Below are positions 36,991 through 49,534 of a stretch of 64,000 nt of DNA, piece by piece. The DNA comes from Octopus bimaculoides (Eukaryota), in the NCBI RefSeq assembly GCF_001194135.2, contig NC_068981.1, positions 106,599,628-106,663,627 of the forward strand, read 5' to 3'. The number at the start of each line of letters is the position of its first letter. Position 1 is the stretch's first letter. A program made the position numbers and the translations under genes. Under the pieces are notes generated by a model. It worked only from the letters and a program-made list of their open reading frames with translations, ran no database searches and was not told where the DNA came from.

Positions 36991-38089
36991 TATATATGTA
37001 TATATCGTATATGTATACACACACACACATAAGTGTCAAGTCATGTTGGAGCATCTGTTGTTTTTCTATCCAAGAAAAGAACTTGTAAATGTCATATATT
37101 ACCATATATTATTTAGATTCTTAGATTTAAGGCCTTCCACATTATATCTTATGTATGTCACACAGTGAAAGGTATAAGACAGAAGCTTTTATCAGTTAGA
37201 CTAAGCTGCTGCTGTTCACTTCACTCTTGTCCAGCAGGTCTTTGTGTGTTTAGTCTCTAGAATGTTTGGCACTAGGTGTTTTTTTTTTTTTTTTTTCAAT
37301 GTCTATGTCAATGCAGTTTTTTATATTCACATGTGTGTGTTTATTGACATGTTTCATTCATTAGCCTGTTAGTCAAATGTATATAACAGTAGATGAAATT
37401 CACTGTGTACAATTGAACAAAATATTGGTCTGGATTAGTTATGGAAATTTTGTTTCCCTTACATGTAAATAAATATATATTAGACTACATTACTTCCAAC
37501 ACCAGGTTGTATGGAGTACTTTTATGTTTCTGTACTACAATATAAGCAAAAACCATCTCTCTTTCTCTTTTCCTATCTTATTGTGTGATAGAGATAAGCT
37601 CTTAATGGCCTGTCTAGGTTCCAGATCTAATTTCCAGTTGTTGCTATTTTTCTCTACTTATGTCGGTAATGCCATTTGGAAAATCAGAAATTTTCACAGT
37701 ATCAGTTCCTGTGTATAAGTCTGATAACTCTGTTAATGCAGAAAGTCAATAATATAGGCTATGGGTTCTCTTATTTTCTTTTAATACAATGAAAGATTAT
37801 CCAGATTTATATTTTGCTCAGTCATATCATTAGAAGAGTCAAAGAGAGAATCCCTATCAAATTACACAATCTACAAGCAGTAGTAACCAAACCTACAAAT
37901 CACATCCATCCATCTTCAAGAACTCGTTAAATATTATAGTCCAGAAAAACACTAAAATGAATAACGATAATAATGATAGACTCTTCCATCGAAGACAATG
38001 TATGAGTGTTCAGCTTTTGCTGAATTATCTGCACAAATGATCTGTTTATAGTGATTAAATGTCCATGGTGCACATTAGTTCACTCTCTC

Positions 38090-38590
38090 CCTCAAATTGA
38101 TGTTGTCTGAACAGGTGCACGGTGTACCGTACATGAGGTGTCAAAGTGATCACAGAGCAACAGAATATAGCATTTTGCTCAAGAACACAACACACCATCT
38201 GATCTAGGAATTGAAATCACAATTGCTAGATCATTAGTGCAACACCCTAACCACTAAGCCATATATATATACACACACATATATATATACATATATATGA
38301 TGAACTCTCCCGTTGTTAGACAACGTATGAAGGTTTGACAATTTCTTACTGAACAACCACACAGATGATTTGTTTATAGTGATCAAATGTTTGTGTAGGC
38401 ATAAGCTCACTCCCTCCATCAGAGCAACATTACCTGTGCAGGTGCAACAAGTGCTACATGTCAGATGTCGAAATGATCACAGAGCAACGTGAAATGAAGT
38501 GCTTTGCTCGAGAACACAATGCCTGGTCTGGGAATTGAACGTACGATCTTGCAATCATGAGTGCAACACCTTAACCACCTTAACTACGAA
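38090..38590 (-). mobile_element. Two tRNA-derived SINE copies with CORE-like TTGAGCAAA(G/A) segment
   Basis: About 38130-38260 and 38450-38590: GATCACAGAGCAA..GCTC(A/G)AGAACACAA..GGAATTGAA..GTGCAACACC.TAACCAC. Related copy at 50690-50875. Confidence 0.65.
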
Positions 38591-38806
38591 GGGCCTCATT
38601 TGAGCCTAAACTTCGAAATTCTTTTCCAGAGTTTAGGAAAACTGAAGGACCACTGCAATAAGTGTATGGTTCTGAAACGGGAATATTTTGGATTAAATCA
38701 TAATTAACTGATCATCTTATAATTTCTTTTACCCAAAGCCAGGAACTTTTCAACTTTTCAGCACCCCCTCATTCACACACACACACACACACACACATAC
38801 ATTAGC

Positions 38807-38945
38807 GGAAAAGGACATAAAAAAACAGGACAAGTATCTCAAGTCATTTATAATAATTTAATTAGGGTAAGGTTAAACTTACCCTAATTAAATTATTATA
38901 AATGACTTGAGATACTCATCCTGCCTTGGTTTTGATGTCCTTTCC
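38807..38945. repeat. Hairpin with a perfect 38-bp core stem
   Basis: GTATCTCAAGTCATTTATAATAATTTAATTAGGGTAAG (38834-38871), 6-nt loop, exact reverse complement at 38878-38915. Imperfect extension beyond. Confidence 0.9.
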
Positions 38946-39162
38946 CTTTATTGTATACCTTCTAACATGGAAGCCTAATACGGATCCCTAGCTCCAGCCT
39001 CAGCTGTGAACTTGGAACCTAACGGATGACCAATTATAGCACTTACTCAGCGTACCTATTTCTTTTGATCATCAGTGTACTAAATCCCTCATATCCTATA
39101 TATATATATATATATAATCAATGTTTGCTTTCAGCTCTAACGATGATAATAATAATAATAAT

Positions 39163-39196
<34 letters not shown>

Positions 39197-39229
39197 GCCT
39201 TGATGCAGTACCAGGCAGTGGCTCATAAA

Positions 39230-39655
39230 AACTGACAAGAAATGGTATAAAGATGTGCCAAACAAGGCACATGACCACAATCAGGCCACAATCATCAGGG
39301 ATTTGCCAGTTCAAACTGACAAAAAAATCAAAACTAATCACCCAGATATAATAATCAAGGACTGAAAAAAAAAACATCTGCTTACTTATAGACATTGCAA
39401 TACCTTCTGATTAAAATATTGACCAAGAAGAAGTGGAGAAACTAAGTACAAAGAGCTTAAATTGAAGTATTCATGATGTGAGGCATGAAGGTGAAAACAA
39501 TACCAGTAATAATTGAAATACTGGGCATGATAAAAAAAAAACATATAAATGAAAGCATGGAAGTTATATGTGGATCCTCAAAACTACACACTATTCAAAA
39601 AATATCTGTGCTAGGAACAGACCATATTCCATGCAAGACACTATCAATTTAATAG
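39230..39655 (+). mobile_element. R4/Dong-like RLE 3' fragment
   Basis: KWYK..VQTDKKIKTNHPDIIIKD..LLIDIAIPSD..IQKISVLGT. Follows (TAA)n at 39143-39195. Confidence 0.75.
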
Positions 39656-39699
39656 TACAAGCTAAATAAAACAATCCACAAATACATGACATTCTATAC

Positions 39700-41320
39700 A
39701 GTAAATATGCAATAATATAAACAACCCCCACAACATTCTGTAGGCATATTGGAAAAGGCACTTCATAACAGGTGAAGATCCTCAGAGCATGAAATACTGA
39801 AGTTCTGGATGAAAATTTGGGCAAAGGAAAAGCAGTACAACTGTGATACCTCATAAATTAATGGACAAAAAGAAGACACTGACCTTACAGAAGAGCAAAT
39901 ATGGGAAGAGATAAGTGTAGAAGATGCCTGGCTCACATTAAAAAAGTCCAGTAAATGGATAAGATCCCAAACTATTGCCCAATGTGTTTACAAACTCACA
40001 CAAGAAACTACCTTGTTACAACATAATTATGAAGGAGTCACAGATAGTCCCAGAACGACTGGTCAATGGTATCACTTTTTTGCTCCTCAAAAATGACAAA
40101 ACAAAAAAAACCCATAAAAACTACAGACTTATAATGTGCCTTAAAACTTTGTATAAAACCCTTACATCTCTCCAAATGAAATACATATATGCTATTCTCA
40201 TGAACAACATCTTCCCTGATGAACAAAATGGATGTAAACAAGGGTTTTATTGATGCAGGGATGAAATGTTAATTAACAAAAGGAATTTTGAAGATTGTTA
40301 CAACAGGAAAGAACAGCTCTCATTGGCTTAGATAGACTGCGAGAAGGCCTTTGATAATCTTCTTCACAGCTGGATAAAGGAATGCTTTGAAATGTTCAAA
40401 ATTTTACTAGTAATTAGAATTTTGTATCTCACACCATGAAGCTCTGGACCCACAACATTAATTCTCAATACTGACACTACAAATATAAATGCTGGACAGC
40501 TCAATATTAATTGTGGACTCTTTCAAGGAGACTCATTATCTCCTTTATTATGTTCAGCACTGTTTCCTCTAAGTAAACTCCTGAATAAAAATCATTATGG
40601 ATACAGAGAATATGAAAAAACTGTTAACTATCTCCCCTATATAGATGACTTAAAACTGTTGGGTCAATTTGCTTGACTAAAAACTCTTCAAGGCAGTGCC
40701 CCAGCATGGCCACAGTCTAATAATTGAAACGAGTAAAAGATAAAAGATAACTGCAAGCACTTCTACTCATAGTTGTATAAAAATGGAATTTGGGCTTGAC
40801 AAATGCACCAAGGCTATATTTACTAAGAGAAACTATCAAACACATGCAACATCACCCTCGAGATAGAGACACTGATATAAAAGAGCTAAAACCTCAGAGA
40901 TGTTATAAGTATCTAGAAGTATGTAAAGGAGATTGGATTAAACACACTATTGAGAGAAAAGATAAAGAAAGAGTGCTATTGAAGTGCAAGAGCCATTCTG
41001 AAAACTAGAATGCCAGAATTGAAATTGGGGCCATAAGTACATTGGCCATGGTGGTAATCACATACAGCTTCAATATTATAAACAAGTCCCTCTCTGAGAT
41101 CAACAACGTTGATGTCAAAATATGAAAGCTGATGACAATACATCATATCCATCACTAAAAAAGTAGACACAGATGGAATATAGCTCCTGAGAAAATAAAG
41201 CAGTCAAGGGTTAATATACCCTCAACTCTCATTGAAAATTGTAACCATAGGAATTTCTGCCTACCTGCAACAAGCTAACAACTATAGTTGGTTCTGAAAC
41301 ATGAAGATCCCAAAAAGTTG
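39700..41320 (+). mobile_element. R4/Dong-like reverse transcriptase fragment (degenerate)
   Basis: LVNGITFLL..KNYRLIMCLKTLYKTLT, EQNGCK, IDCEKAFD, GLFQGDSLSPLL, YIDDLKL, FGLDKC. Interrupted by a SINE tail at about 40662-40750. Confidence 0.85.
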
Positions 41321-41329
41321 TAGTTCCAT

Positions 41330-41560
41330 TTTCATGGGGGGTTTTCTTCTGTTTTTTTTTATCATTTCTGCTGTTGTTATCTGAGATCAGTGTTTCAGTG
41401 TAGTTTGTCTCTATTTTGTATTATGTCATCTCCTTGTGTCTAATGAAAAGTGTTTTCTGTTCTCATGTTGCTTTATTACAAGTAATAGTCACCCACTTTT
41501 TGTTTCTAAGTATTTTTCTAGTCCAACTATTACTATTTTATATCATTATTATTATTATTA
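41330..41560 (-). mobile_element. Inverted R4/Dong-like fragment
   Basis: Minus strand KIVIVGLEKYLETK..LLLVIKQHENRK. Ends at a (TTA)n tract. Confidence 0.5.
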
Positions 41561-41569
41561 TTATTATTA

Positions 41570-42990
41570 TAGATGAAAAACATGAAGACATACCTCCAAT
41601 AAATGCAACTAGGCAAAGCAGTACCCAAAGAAAATGTGCCTCAACAGACAAGGCAAAAACAAATAAAAATCATGGCCAAACAAATCAGCTTCCAATATAT
41701 TAAGGAGAAATGGGAGCAAAGGCCACTGCATGGAAAATACCTGATTAAAATTTGGGATCCCGTTATAGATCAAGCTCTCAAGCAATAATGGCTGCCATAT
41801 TCTACGCAAAAACAAAAACAGAGGTGTATATCATTGCTGCTCAGGACCAGTTCCTTCCAACAAGAAATTACTTGAGTAACGTCCTGAAATATGAAAGCGG
41901 CTCATAACGCCACATATGTAGAGAGAGGAACCAGAAAGTTGTTAACAATGCACAACAAATTCCATCCTAAAATAATACCAATCAACTCTATCTACCAAGA
42001 AGTGAAGGTGGTAAAGGATTACTAAAAGTGGAAGACACTGTTGGTAACACAGTACGGGGTCTGAAAAATTATGTTGTGTACAATAAAGAAAAACTACTTT
42101 TGGCAGCCAGAGAACTCAGCAGAACTCGAAGAGAAAAGGAAGAACAACAGAATAAACAAGTGGAAAGAAATGGAACAGCATGGCCAACTTATGCAACAAA
42201 CCACGGAAGATTGCTGGCTTTGATTGATGAATGGGAACTTGAAATGAGAAACAGAAATGCTAATTATAGCCACACAGAAACAAGCCCTTAGAATAAATCT
42301 GATAAAGGCAAAGACTGAGAAAACTCAGACAGCAAATGTAGAATCTGCAAGAAAGAAAACAAGAGTATCAATCACAATTTGAGTGCAGTGTACTAACACA
42401 AAAGGGAATAAAAGTGCAAACATGACTGTGTAGGTAAAAGAGTGCATGTTAGCTGAGTGTGTGGCTTCAAAATAACAGAAAACTAGTATGAAAATGAACC
42501 AGAAGCTGTGATAAAAAATGATAACTACAAGACCTTGTGGGATTTCACCATAAAGACTGACCATACTATTGAGGTAAGAAGACTAGACATGACTGTACAG
42601 GACAAAATAAATAAGCAGTATAAGATCATAGATTTTACAATCCCCCTTGATATCAGAGTTGATAGCAAAGAAATTGAAAAAATTGAGAAATATCATAGTC
42701 TATCCAGAGAGCTGAGGAGACTGTGGAAGGCCAAAACAACAATTACTCATGTAGTAATTGGTGCATTTGGCACAACACCCAAAATGCTACCTAAAAGACT
42801 GAAAGAAATTGGAATTGAAACTTGCATTGTCAACCTGCAGAAAAGTACCATCCTATATTCTGCAAGAATCTTAAGAGAGATTTTTGAGATATAAGAAGAA
42901 TTTTTGTCACCAAACCTCAAGATAAAATACCTGCTAACTAAATAAGCATGCTCTAGCAAAATAACAACAATAATAAAAATGTTAATAATA
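41570..42990 (+). mobile_element. R4/Dong-like 3' fragments (two overlapping copies) with CCHC knuckle and RLE domain
   Basis: WEQRPLHGKY..TEVYIIAAQDQFLPTRNY; LYLPRSEGGKGL; DSKCRICK; ORF 42508-42894 LWDFTIKTDHTIEVRRLDM..IIDFTIP..EKIEKY..VVIGAFG. Confidence 0.85.
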
Positions 42991-43944
42991 ATAAAAAGGA
43001 TGGTCAAGGCTGGAATGCAATGATTATTGATCTGCTCACCTATTTCTGACATGGGCTTAAACAACAACTATCAATGTCCATTACTCAATGAATGAAAATA
43101 AAAAATTAATTTCTCCCAGCATGGCCACAGCTCGTGGGCTGAAATTAGATAAAATAAAAAAATAAATTTTTTAATAAAATTGTGGGAACCTCTGGTACAT
43201 TATGTGTGAAGATTCTGAAGTCTTGACAACAGTGTTCTCTTTTAAGATTTCAATCTAACTTTTGATATTGCACTTATTGGCAGGATACTAACATAAAAAC
43301 AGTTCTACACTCATTACATGCTAAAAGAATGAGTATAAGAAAAGAGACAAAAATTGTCATGTCTAAAATCATACCAATTTGGTTAGGCTGGAAAAAATAA
43401 AATGAAATGTTAATATGTTTTGGGAATGGCAGTATGATTAATCTGGACAAAATGGTCTTATAACTTTTTGTATCCTCACTTTTATGCATGTTCCTATTTT
43501 GTAAGAGGTAACTAAAAGGGTTGGCATCAGAATGGGGTAAATAAAGTATCAGGGTGTAAAACACTGCTACAAAAAATCCTCTGCAACCAATGCCAGTGTT
43601 GAAAAGCAGATGTAAAATTTATTATCATTCATTCATTCATTCACACACATACATACATGGTAGTTGTCTACTCCTCATGCAGAGTTTGATCACCTCTTGT
43701 ACTTACACCTTAGATCCATCATGAAGTCTGATGTGGCTTTTTAAACCAGACATTTTATTGAAAAGACACCCACCCACATAGATTGCATATCTGATTTGGA
43801 CCACTATGAACTACAGTTAAGTTCTGGTCTTTGTGTGGATCTTAAAATGTCTTTTGAAGCCTCTATTAGATTTGCTGACCTTATGGCATACACAGCATTG
43901 AAAGGTGTACATATATATATATATAGGCAGAGTAGTTGGTGGAG

Positions 43945-44200
43945 GTTCATTTTACATGGGTCTGGAAATGAGATTTGAGCCCAGAAAAAGAAAGGCATGG
44001 TCTGTCACAAACTGCACGCAAAAATGTCACTAAGATTCACCTTCTCAATTGCAACATTCTTCTTTAAATTTCTCTTGAGTCTTGCACGTGTCATCCTGGC
44101 CTCCTCAAACACTTTCACTTCACACCACACTTTTGTTTACCATCCAGCTTGATCTGAAGCAAAGGTTTCTATGACTTATTTTTCATCCTGCAGGGTGTTC
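43945..44200 (-). mobile_element. RTE (BovB-like) 3' end with C2H2-like finger
   Basis: Minus strand SDQAGW..VKVFEEARM..FACSL then (frameshift) DRPCLSFSGLKSHFQTHV*. Confidence 0.7.
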
Positions 44201-44365
44201 AACAGTCATCCTCCTCACCAAGTAAGCCTGGTGGGGTTGCTAGTTTAGTCACCGACGACCCAACCATGCTACAGGTTGTACTGGATTACATGTTATCAAT
44301 AGCACTCAAGAGTGACTTGGCATACATACGCATGAGCATGCATACGTACATACATATACATACAT

Positions 44366-44408
<43 letters not shown>

Positions 44409-45126
44409 NNNNNNNNNNNNNNNNNNNNNNNNNNNNNNNNNNNNNNNNNNNNNNNNNNNNNNNNNNNNNNNNNNNNNNNNNNNNNNNNNNNNNNNNNNNN
44501 NNNNNNNNNNNNNNNNNNNNNNNNNNNNNNNNNNNNNNNNNNNNNNNNNNNNNNNNNNNNNNNNNNNNNNNNNNNNNNNNNNNNNNNNNNNNNNNNNNNN
44601 NNNNNNNNNNNNNNNNNNNNNNNNNNNNNNNNNNNNNNNNNNNNNNNNNNNNNNNNNNNNNNNNNNNNNNNNNNNNNNNNNNNNNNNNNNNNNNNNNNNN
44701 NNNNNNNNNNNNNNNNNNNNNNNNNNNNNNNNNNNNNNNNNNNNNNNNNNNNNNNNNNNNNNNNNNNNNNNNNNNNNNNNNNNNNNNNNNNNNNNNNNNN
44801 NNNNNNNNNNNNNNNNNNNNNNNNNNNNNNNNNNNNNNNNNNNNNNNNNNNNNNNNNNNNNNNNNNNNNNNNNNNNNNNNNNNNNNNNNNNNNNNNNNNN
44901 NNNNNNNNNNNNNNNNNNNNNNNNNNNNNNNNNNNNNNNNNNNNNNNNNNNNNNNNNNNNNNNNNNNNNNNNNNNNNNNNNNNNNNNNNNNNNNNNNNNN
45001 NNNNNNNNNNNNNNNNNNNNNNNNNNNNNNNNNNNNNNNNNNNNNNNNNNNNNNNNNNNNNNNNNNNNNNNNNNNNNNNNNNNNNNNNNNNNNNNNNNNN
45101 NNNNNNNTATATATATATATATATAT

Positions 45127-45275
45127 GGCATTAGGAAGGGCATTCAGACATAGAAACCATGCCAAATCAGATTGGAACCTGCTGCAGCTCCCCAGCTTAC
45201 CAGTTTTCAGTCAACCGTCCAACCGATGCCAGCATGGAAAACAGGTGTTAAATGAAAGTGATGATAATGATGATA
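45127..45275 (+). mobile_element. RTE-family 3' tail
   Basis: GGCATTAGGAAGGGCATTCAG..GCCAAATCAGA..CCAGCATGGAAA..GATAATGATGAT. Confidence 0.75.
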
Positions 45276-47214
45276 CACACACACACACACACCTATATAT
45301 GTGTGCCTCTGTGTCTACGTGTGTGTGTCAGTTAGTCCTTTTCCACATACAAACACATACAAAAACCCCAAAAAAACTGTACTTATATATGGTTCAAATA
45401 AGTTATGAGAAATAGGTAAATAGATTTTTTTCAGGTGTTTTAAGATGAGTAGATTTGGGCTGAGAACTTGGCACATTGAATAAGACACTTTATTAGATCT
45501 GAACCTTTTGAACTTTGGAACTGATGTTTTAAAAAATAGCAGAAATAGCAAACTTATGATTGGGGTTCTTCTAGCTATGCCAGAAGAGGAAAAAAATGCA
45601 TAAATATATTAATAATCAATCATGGAAGTGGAAACATTTGATGCTTTCATAAAAATATTACTAAATGCATCATGTTGAATTTTATATCTAAGTTTGACTT
45701 TTTCATGCAGTATTATTGGCCAAATTATGTCAAGTATTTTGTGAAGAGGTCATGCTTATGATGGCATAAAAGTACTAAATATCAGCAAGCTATTTAGATA
45801 TAGTTATACTGAATCAAAAATATAATACACCTGCTTATCAGACAAAAAGAAAATGTACTAAAAAAAAAAGACAAAATGTAATAAAACAATGGTTCATAAT
45901 AAAATTCTTATACAATCTAGTTACTTGCAAATTAGAAACTCAATTGTTCATATTAAATAAAAACAATAAAATCTGTCCAGGAAGTGATTTATTGATGCAG
46001 ATAAATGGTAGGAAGCAGTCGAAGATATTTGGTACAATTTAGGCATTTTGTCTTGGCAGCTCTTGCTTGTAGAATATATATTAGTTTGCCAAATCAAATT
46101 TGCTACTTTGAAGAGTTTGAAGACTAAGAAATGAAATATAAATTATTGATTTTATGCAATATATTTTTATCAAAACATTTAGGACACAACAGTATTTGAT
46201 AAACACTGAACTTTTGCTTTATAAAATGAGATTTCTACAGGTCTAACTAACATTGAAAGAAAACAGTTAAACAAATACAAAGATTAAGATTGAAAATCCA
46301 CCACAGGTATTTTTACTGTGATTTTAAGCAAGGCACTTCATTCTACATTGCCTCATTTTACTTAGCTACAGATTTTCTATGAAAAGGTCAAAAGGGCTGA
46401 TCATCCATAGTGATATAACTCTGATTGCAAAAGGTCAAGCAAACAACCCAATTTATTGCCCCATTTTATGGCTTAATAAATATAATTCCAAAGTAATATC
46501 AATTTCTACATGTTCTATGTTTGGAATGCCATTTATCTTTCAATAACCTTCTGTTTGATCTTAAGCATTGGTCTTAGGATAATCTTCAGAATTAATATAT
46601 ATATAAATTGTAAGCACAAAAAAATATTATTAGAATTGTAGTCATAAAACAAAAATAGGCACTAGAAGAGAATGACTCTCCCCAGACACAACAAAAATAG
46701 TTGCTTTGATGAAAAATGCATATTTCACAGAGAAAATATATAATCTAAAATGACATTAAACAGTATTCTCCAATAATTAAAAACAATATTCTTCATCTTT
46801 ATTATAATGGATCTCATATGAGCATACCTGTCTGTCTGTTGTCTATACATATATACATATATAAAAAAGGCAAGGACCGAATTATGAATTGAAGATCGTC
46901 TACACCTACAATTTTTCCCTTTCCGTATACTTCATATATACATTTATATGTATGCATGCATACACATGTATGTATGTATGTATGTATGTATGTCTATGAT
47001 GAATAGATAGGGGTAAAATATCCAGGAGGGTACCATATGAGCATTCAGTTATAATCCAGGTTATGGCTAACTGCATCGAGTTGTAAGAAGCACCCGAGAT
47101 TATTTAAGGTGAGCAATTCCACAGTAATTATCCAATGAGTAAATCATAGTAATTGTCTTGTATGTATGTATGTATGTATGTATGTATGCATGCATGTATG
47201 TATGTGTGTGTGTG

Positions 47215-47647
47215 TGTGTTGGCACCCATGTTGGTGGCACGTAAAAAGCACCTTTCGAGTGTTGGCCCTGATGGAGGCAATGTGGCCAATGCCAGTGTCA
47301 TGCAACTAGCACCTATGCTAGTGGCATGTAAAAAGCACCATTCAAGAATTGGGCCTCATGGAGGCAATGAAATCATTGAGACCTTTGGCAATATATTGTG
47401 CTTGAGAAGACCCATCAAACCAAGTGAAATCACAGCTGTGGTTAATATTGGTGTCATGCAACTGGCACCCATGCCAGTAGCATGCAAAAGCACCCATTAC
47501 ACTCTCAGAGTGGTTTGTGTTAGGAAGGGCATCCAGACATAGAAACCATGCCAAATCAGACTGGAGTCTGGTGCAGCCACGCAGCTAACCAGCCCTGGTC
47601 AAACTGTCCAACTCATGCTAGCATGGACAATGGATGTTAAATAATGA

Positions 47648-47650
<3 letters not shown>
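47215..47650 (+). mobile_element. RTE-family 3' UTR and tail
   Basis: Repeat units GGTGGCACGTAAAAAGCACC, then the common 3' end and GATGAT. Confidence 0.8.
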
Positions 47651-47685
<35 letters not shown>

Positions 47686-47695
47686 NNNNNNNNNN

Positions 47696-47727
<32 letters not shown>

Positions 47728-47730
<3 letters not shown>

Positions 47731-48175
47731 AAGAACAGCTCCCTTTCTTAGATATTATGATAAAAAAAAGTCAACAACCAAATTGTAAGTGACATTTATC
47801 ATAAATCAACGGATTCGAAACAATATCTTCTTTTTAGCTTATACCACCCAAAACACATCAAAAGAAATATCCTCTTTAATTTAGGAAAAAGGATTTGCAC
47901 AATAGTGTATAATGGAAATACCCAGAACTTCTGTCTTTAAGACCTCAGAACAAGACTAACTGAGAGACAATATCCACCATCACTTATAGACAAAGGAATT
48001 AAGCATGTCAAGAAATTAGGCATTAAAACACTATGGAAAACAAAACATAACACCTCACCACATCTCAAAACACTACCATATATATATGAACTCACAATCC
48101 TAGAAACAATGAGGCATACAACACTATTGTACAATATTTACCTATGCTCACTAGGGATCCACTTTTGACACGTAA
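47728..48175 (+). mobile_element. Penelope-like element RT C-terminal/thumb fragment
   Basis: EQLPFLDIMI (frameshift) KVNNQIVSDIYHKSTDSKQYLLFSLYHPKHIKRNILFNLGKRICTIV..RQYPPSLIDKGI, the typical PLE LPFLD...IYxKPT...HP..K pattern. Confidence 0.85.
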
Positions 48176-48473
48176 TACTGAAATAGTAGAGGAGATATGA
48201 TGTTTCTGTGGGCTGGAAGTATGCAAGAAGTTAAAATTTTTTTTGACTAAAACACAACCGGGACCCTAAGTAAGGCATGTGTAAAATTTGAATGAAATTG
48301 GTTGTGTAGTTCTGGAGTTTTAGGGATTCACACAGACAGACACACACACACACAGACATATATTTTCAGTTTTATATATATATATATANNNNNNNNNNNN
48401 NNNNNNNNNNNNNNNNNNNNNNNNNNNNNNNNNNNNNNNNNNNNNNNNTATAATATATATATAATATATATAT

Positions 48474-48508
<35 letters not shown>

Positions 48509-48611
48509 CATACATATATACACACATGCATATATATATATGGGAGAATGTACGAAAACAACAACAACAGACGAGGACAGGTGGTGTAAACAACAAAAGG
48601 ATGTATTAGTT

Positions 48612-48665
48612 TGACGCTTGGGAATACAGAAAGTCTTTAACGTTTTGAGCTATGCTCTTCAACAG
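48612..48665 (-). ncRNA. Decayed type I hammerhead-like motif in a PLE-like terminal segment
   Basis: Minus strand CTGTTGA-A-GAGC(ATA)GCTC-AAAACG...GCGTC: stem II is perfect, stem III ACG/CGT, GUC triplet present. Two core positions deviate. Confidence 0.45.
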
Positions 48666-48833
48666 AAAGAATATGGAGTAAACAAGGAGGAAAACACGGA
48701 GAAAAAAAATTGAATGGTGTTTGGTCAGCGATTAATCATGGCGTCTGCGGACAGAAAGTTCACACAGGAGAGCTAAGAAAAAGGGGAGATAACAAAAGGG
48801 GGAAGAAAGAAACGGTGACCCAAGTACGAGGAG

Positions 48834-48871
<38 letters not shown>

Positions 48872-49086
48872 ATCCTGGTGATCTTGACGTATGCATGTGT
48901 GAAAAAATGGGGAGAGGAGAAAGGAGTTGGTCAGTTGTAGTGTGTGCATGGTGTGTGTTGTGAAGTGATGTGTGGTGTGATGTGAGGGTGTTGTATACAT
49001 ATATACACATACATATATACACATACATATATATACATACATATATACACATACATTATACATGCATATATATAGATACATATATA

Positions 49087-49184
49087 CCTTTGGATGCTAT
49101 ATGTGTGTTTGTGAATTCATTTAAGCAGATTCATTTCAGAGTCTGCTAAAATGAATTCACAAACACACATACAGCATCCAAAGG
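49087..49184. repeat. ~43-bp-stem hairpin
   Basis: CCTTTGGATGCTATATGTGTGTTTGTGAATTCATTTAAGCAGA versus TCTGCTAAAATGAATTCACAAACACACATACAGCATCCAAAGG, about 2 mismatches, 12-nt loop. Confidence 0.9.
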
Positions 49185-49483
49185 CACATCATTTTACCTT
49201 TGATGATATTATGCTCATGTTGCATAAATGTAAATTTAATGTTTACTGAATATTAATAGAAACAGCTGTAAGGAAAGATGATCAATTTGCTGTTAATAAT
49301 AAACAATTATTAACTTCTGAATTTCCATTTTCTTCTTTTAAATGAATATAATCTATATGTTTTTTATATATACCCATTATTTTAAGGAAATTCACTTCCC
49401 CCAAAATGTTAGGCATTGAACCAGTATTTCCTGGGATGAAACCAACCCTTCATGAGGTGAACTTAACCTCTAATTAAATTTAA

Positions 49484-49534
<51 letters not shown>

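Noticed and set aside
39040-39095. Hammerhead-like CTGATGA-TCAAAA-GAAA on the minus strand
   Set aside because: Stem II is nearly absent and stem I cannot pair. Too weak on this copy alone.
44194-44221. 28-nt exon with strong splice signals (TTTTTCATCCTGCAG...GTAAGC)
   Set aside because: It lies in or beside the antisense strand of an RTE remnant and has no supporting partner exon.
44266-45165. Long ORFs in the ORF track (also 56294-57277, 60031-61035, 18500-19011)
   Set aside because: They span N gaps translated as X.
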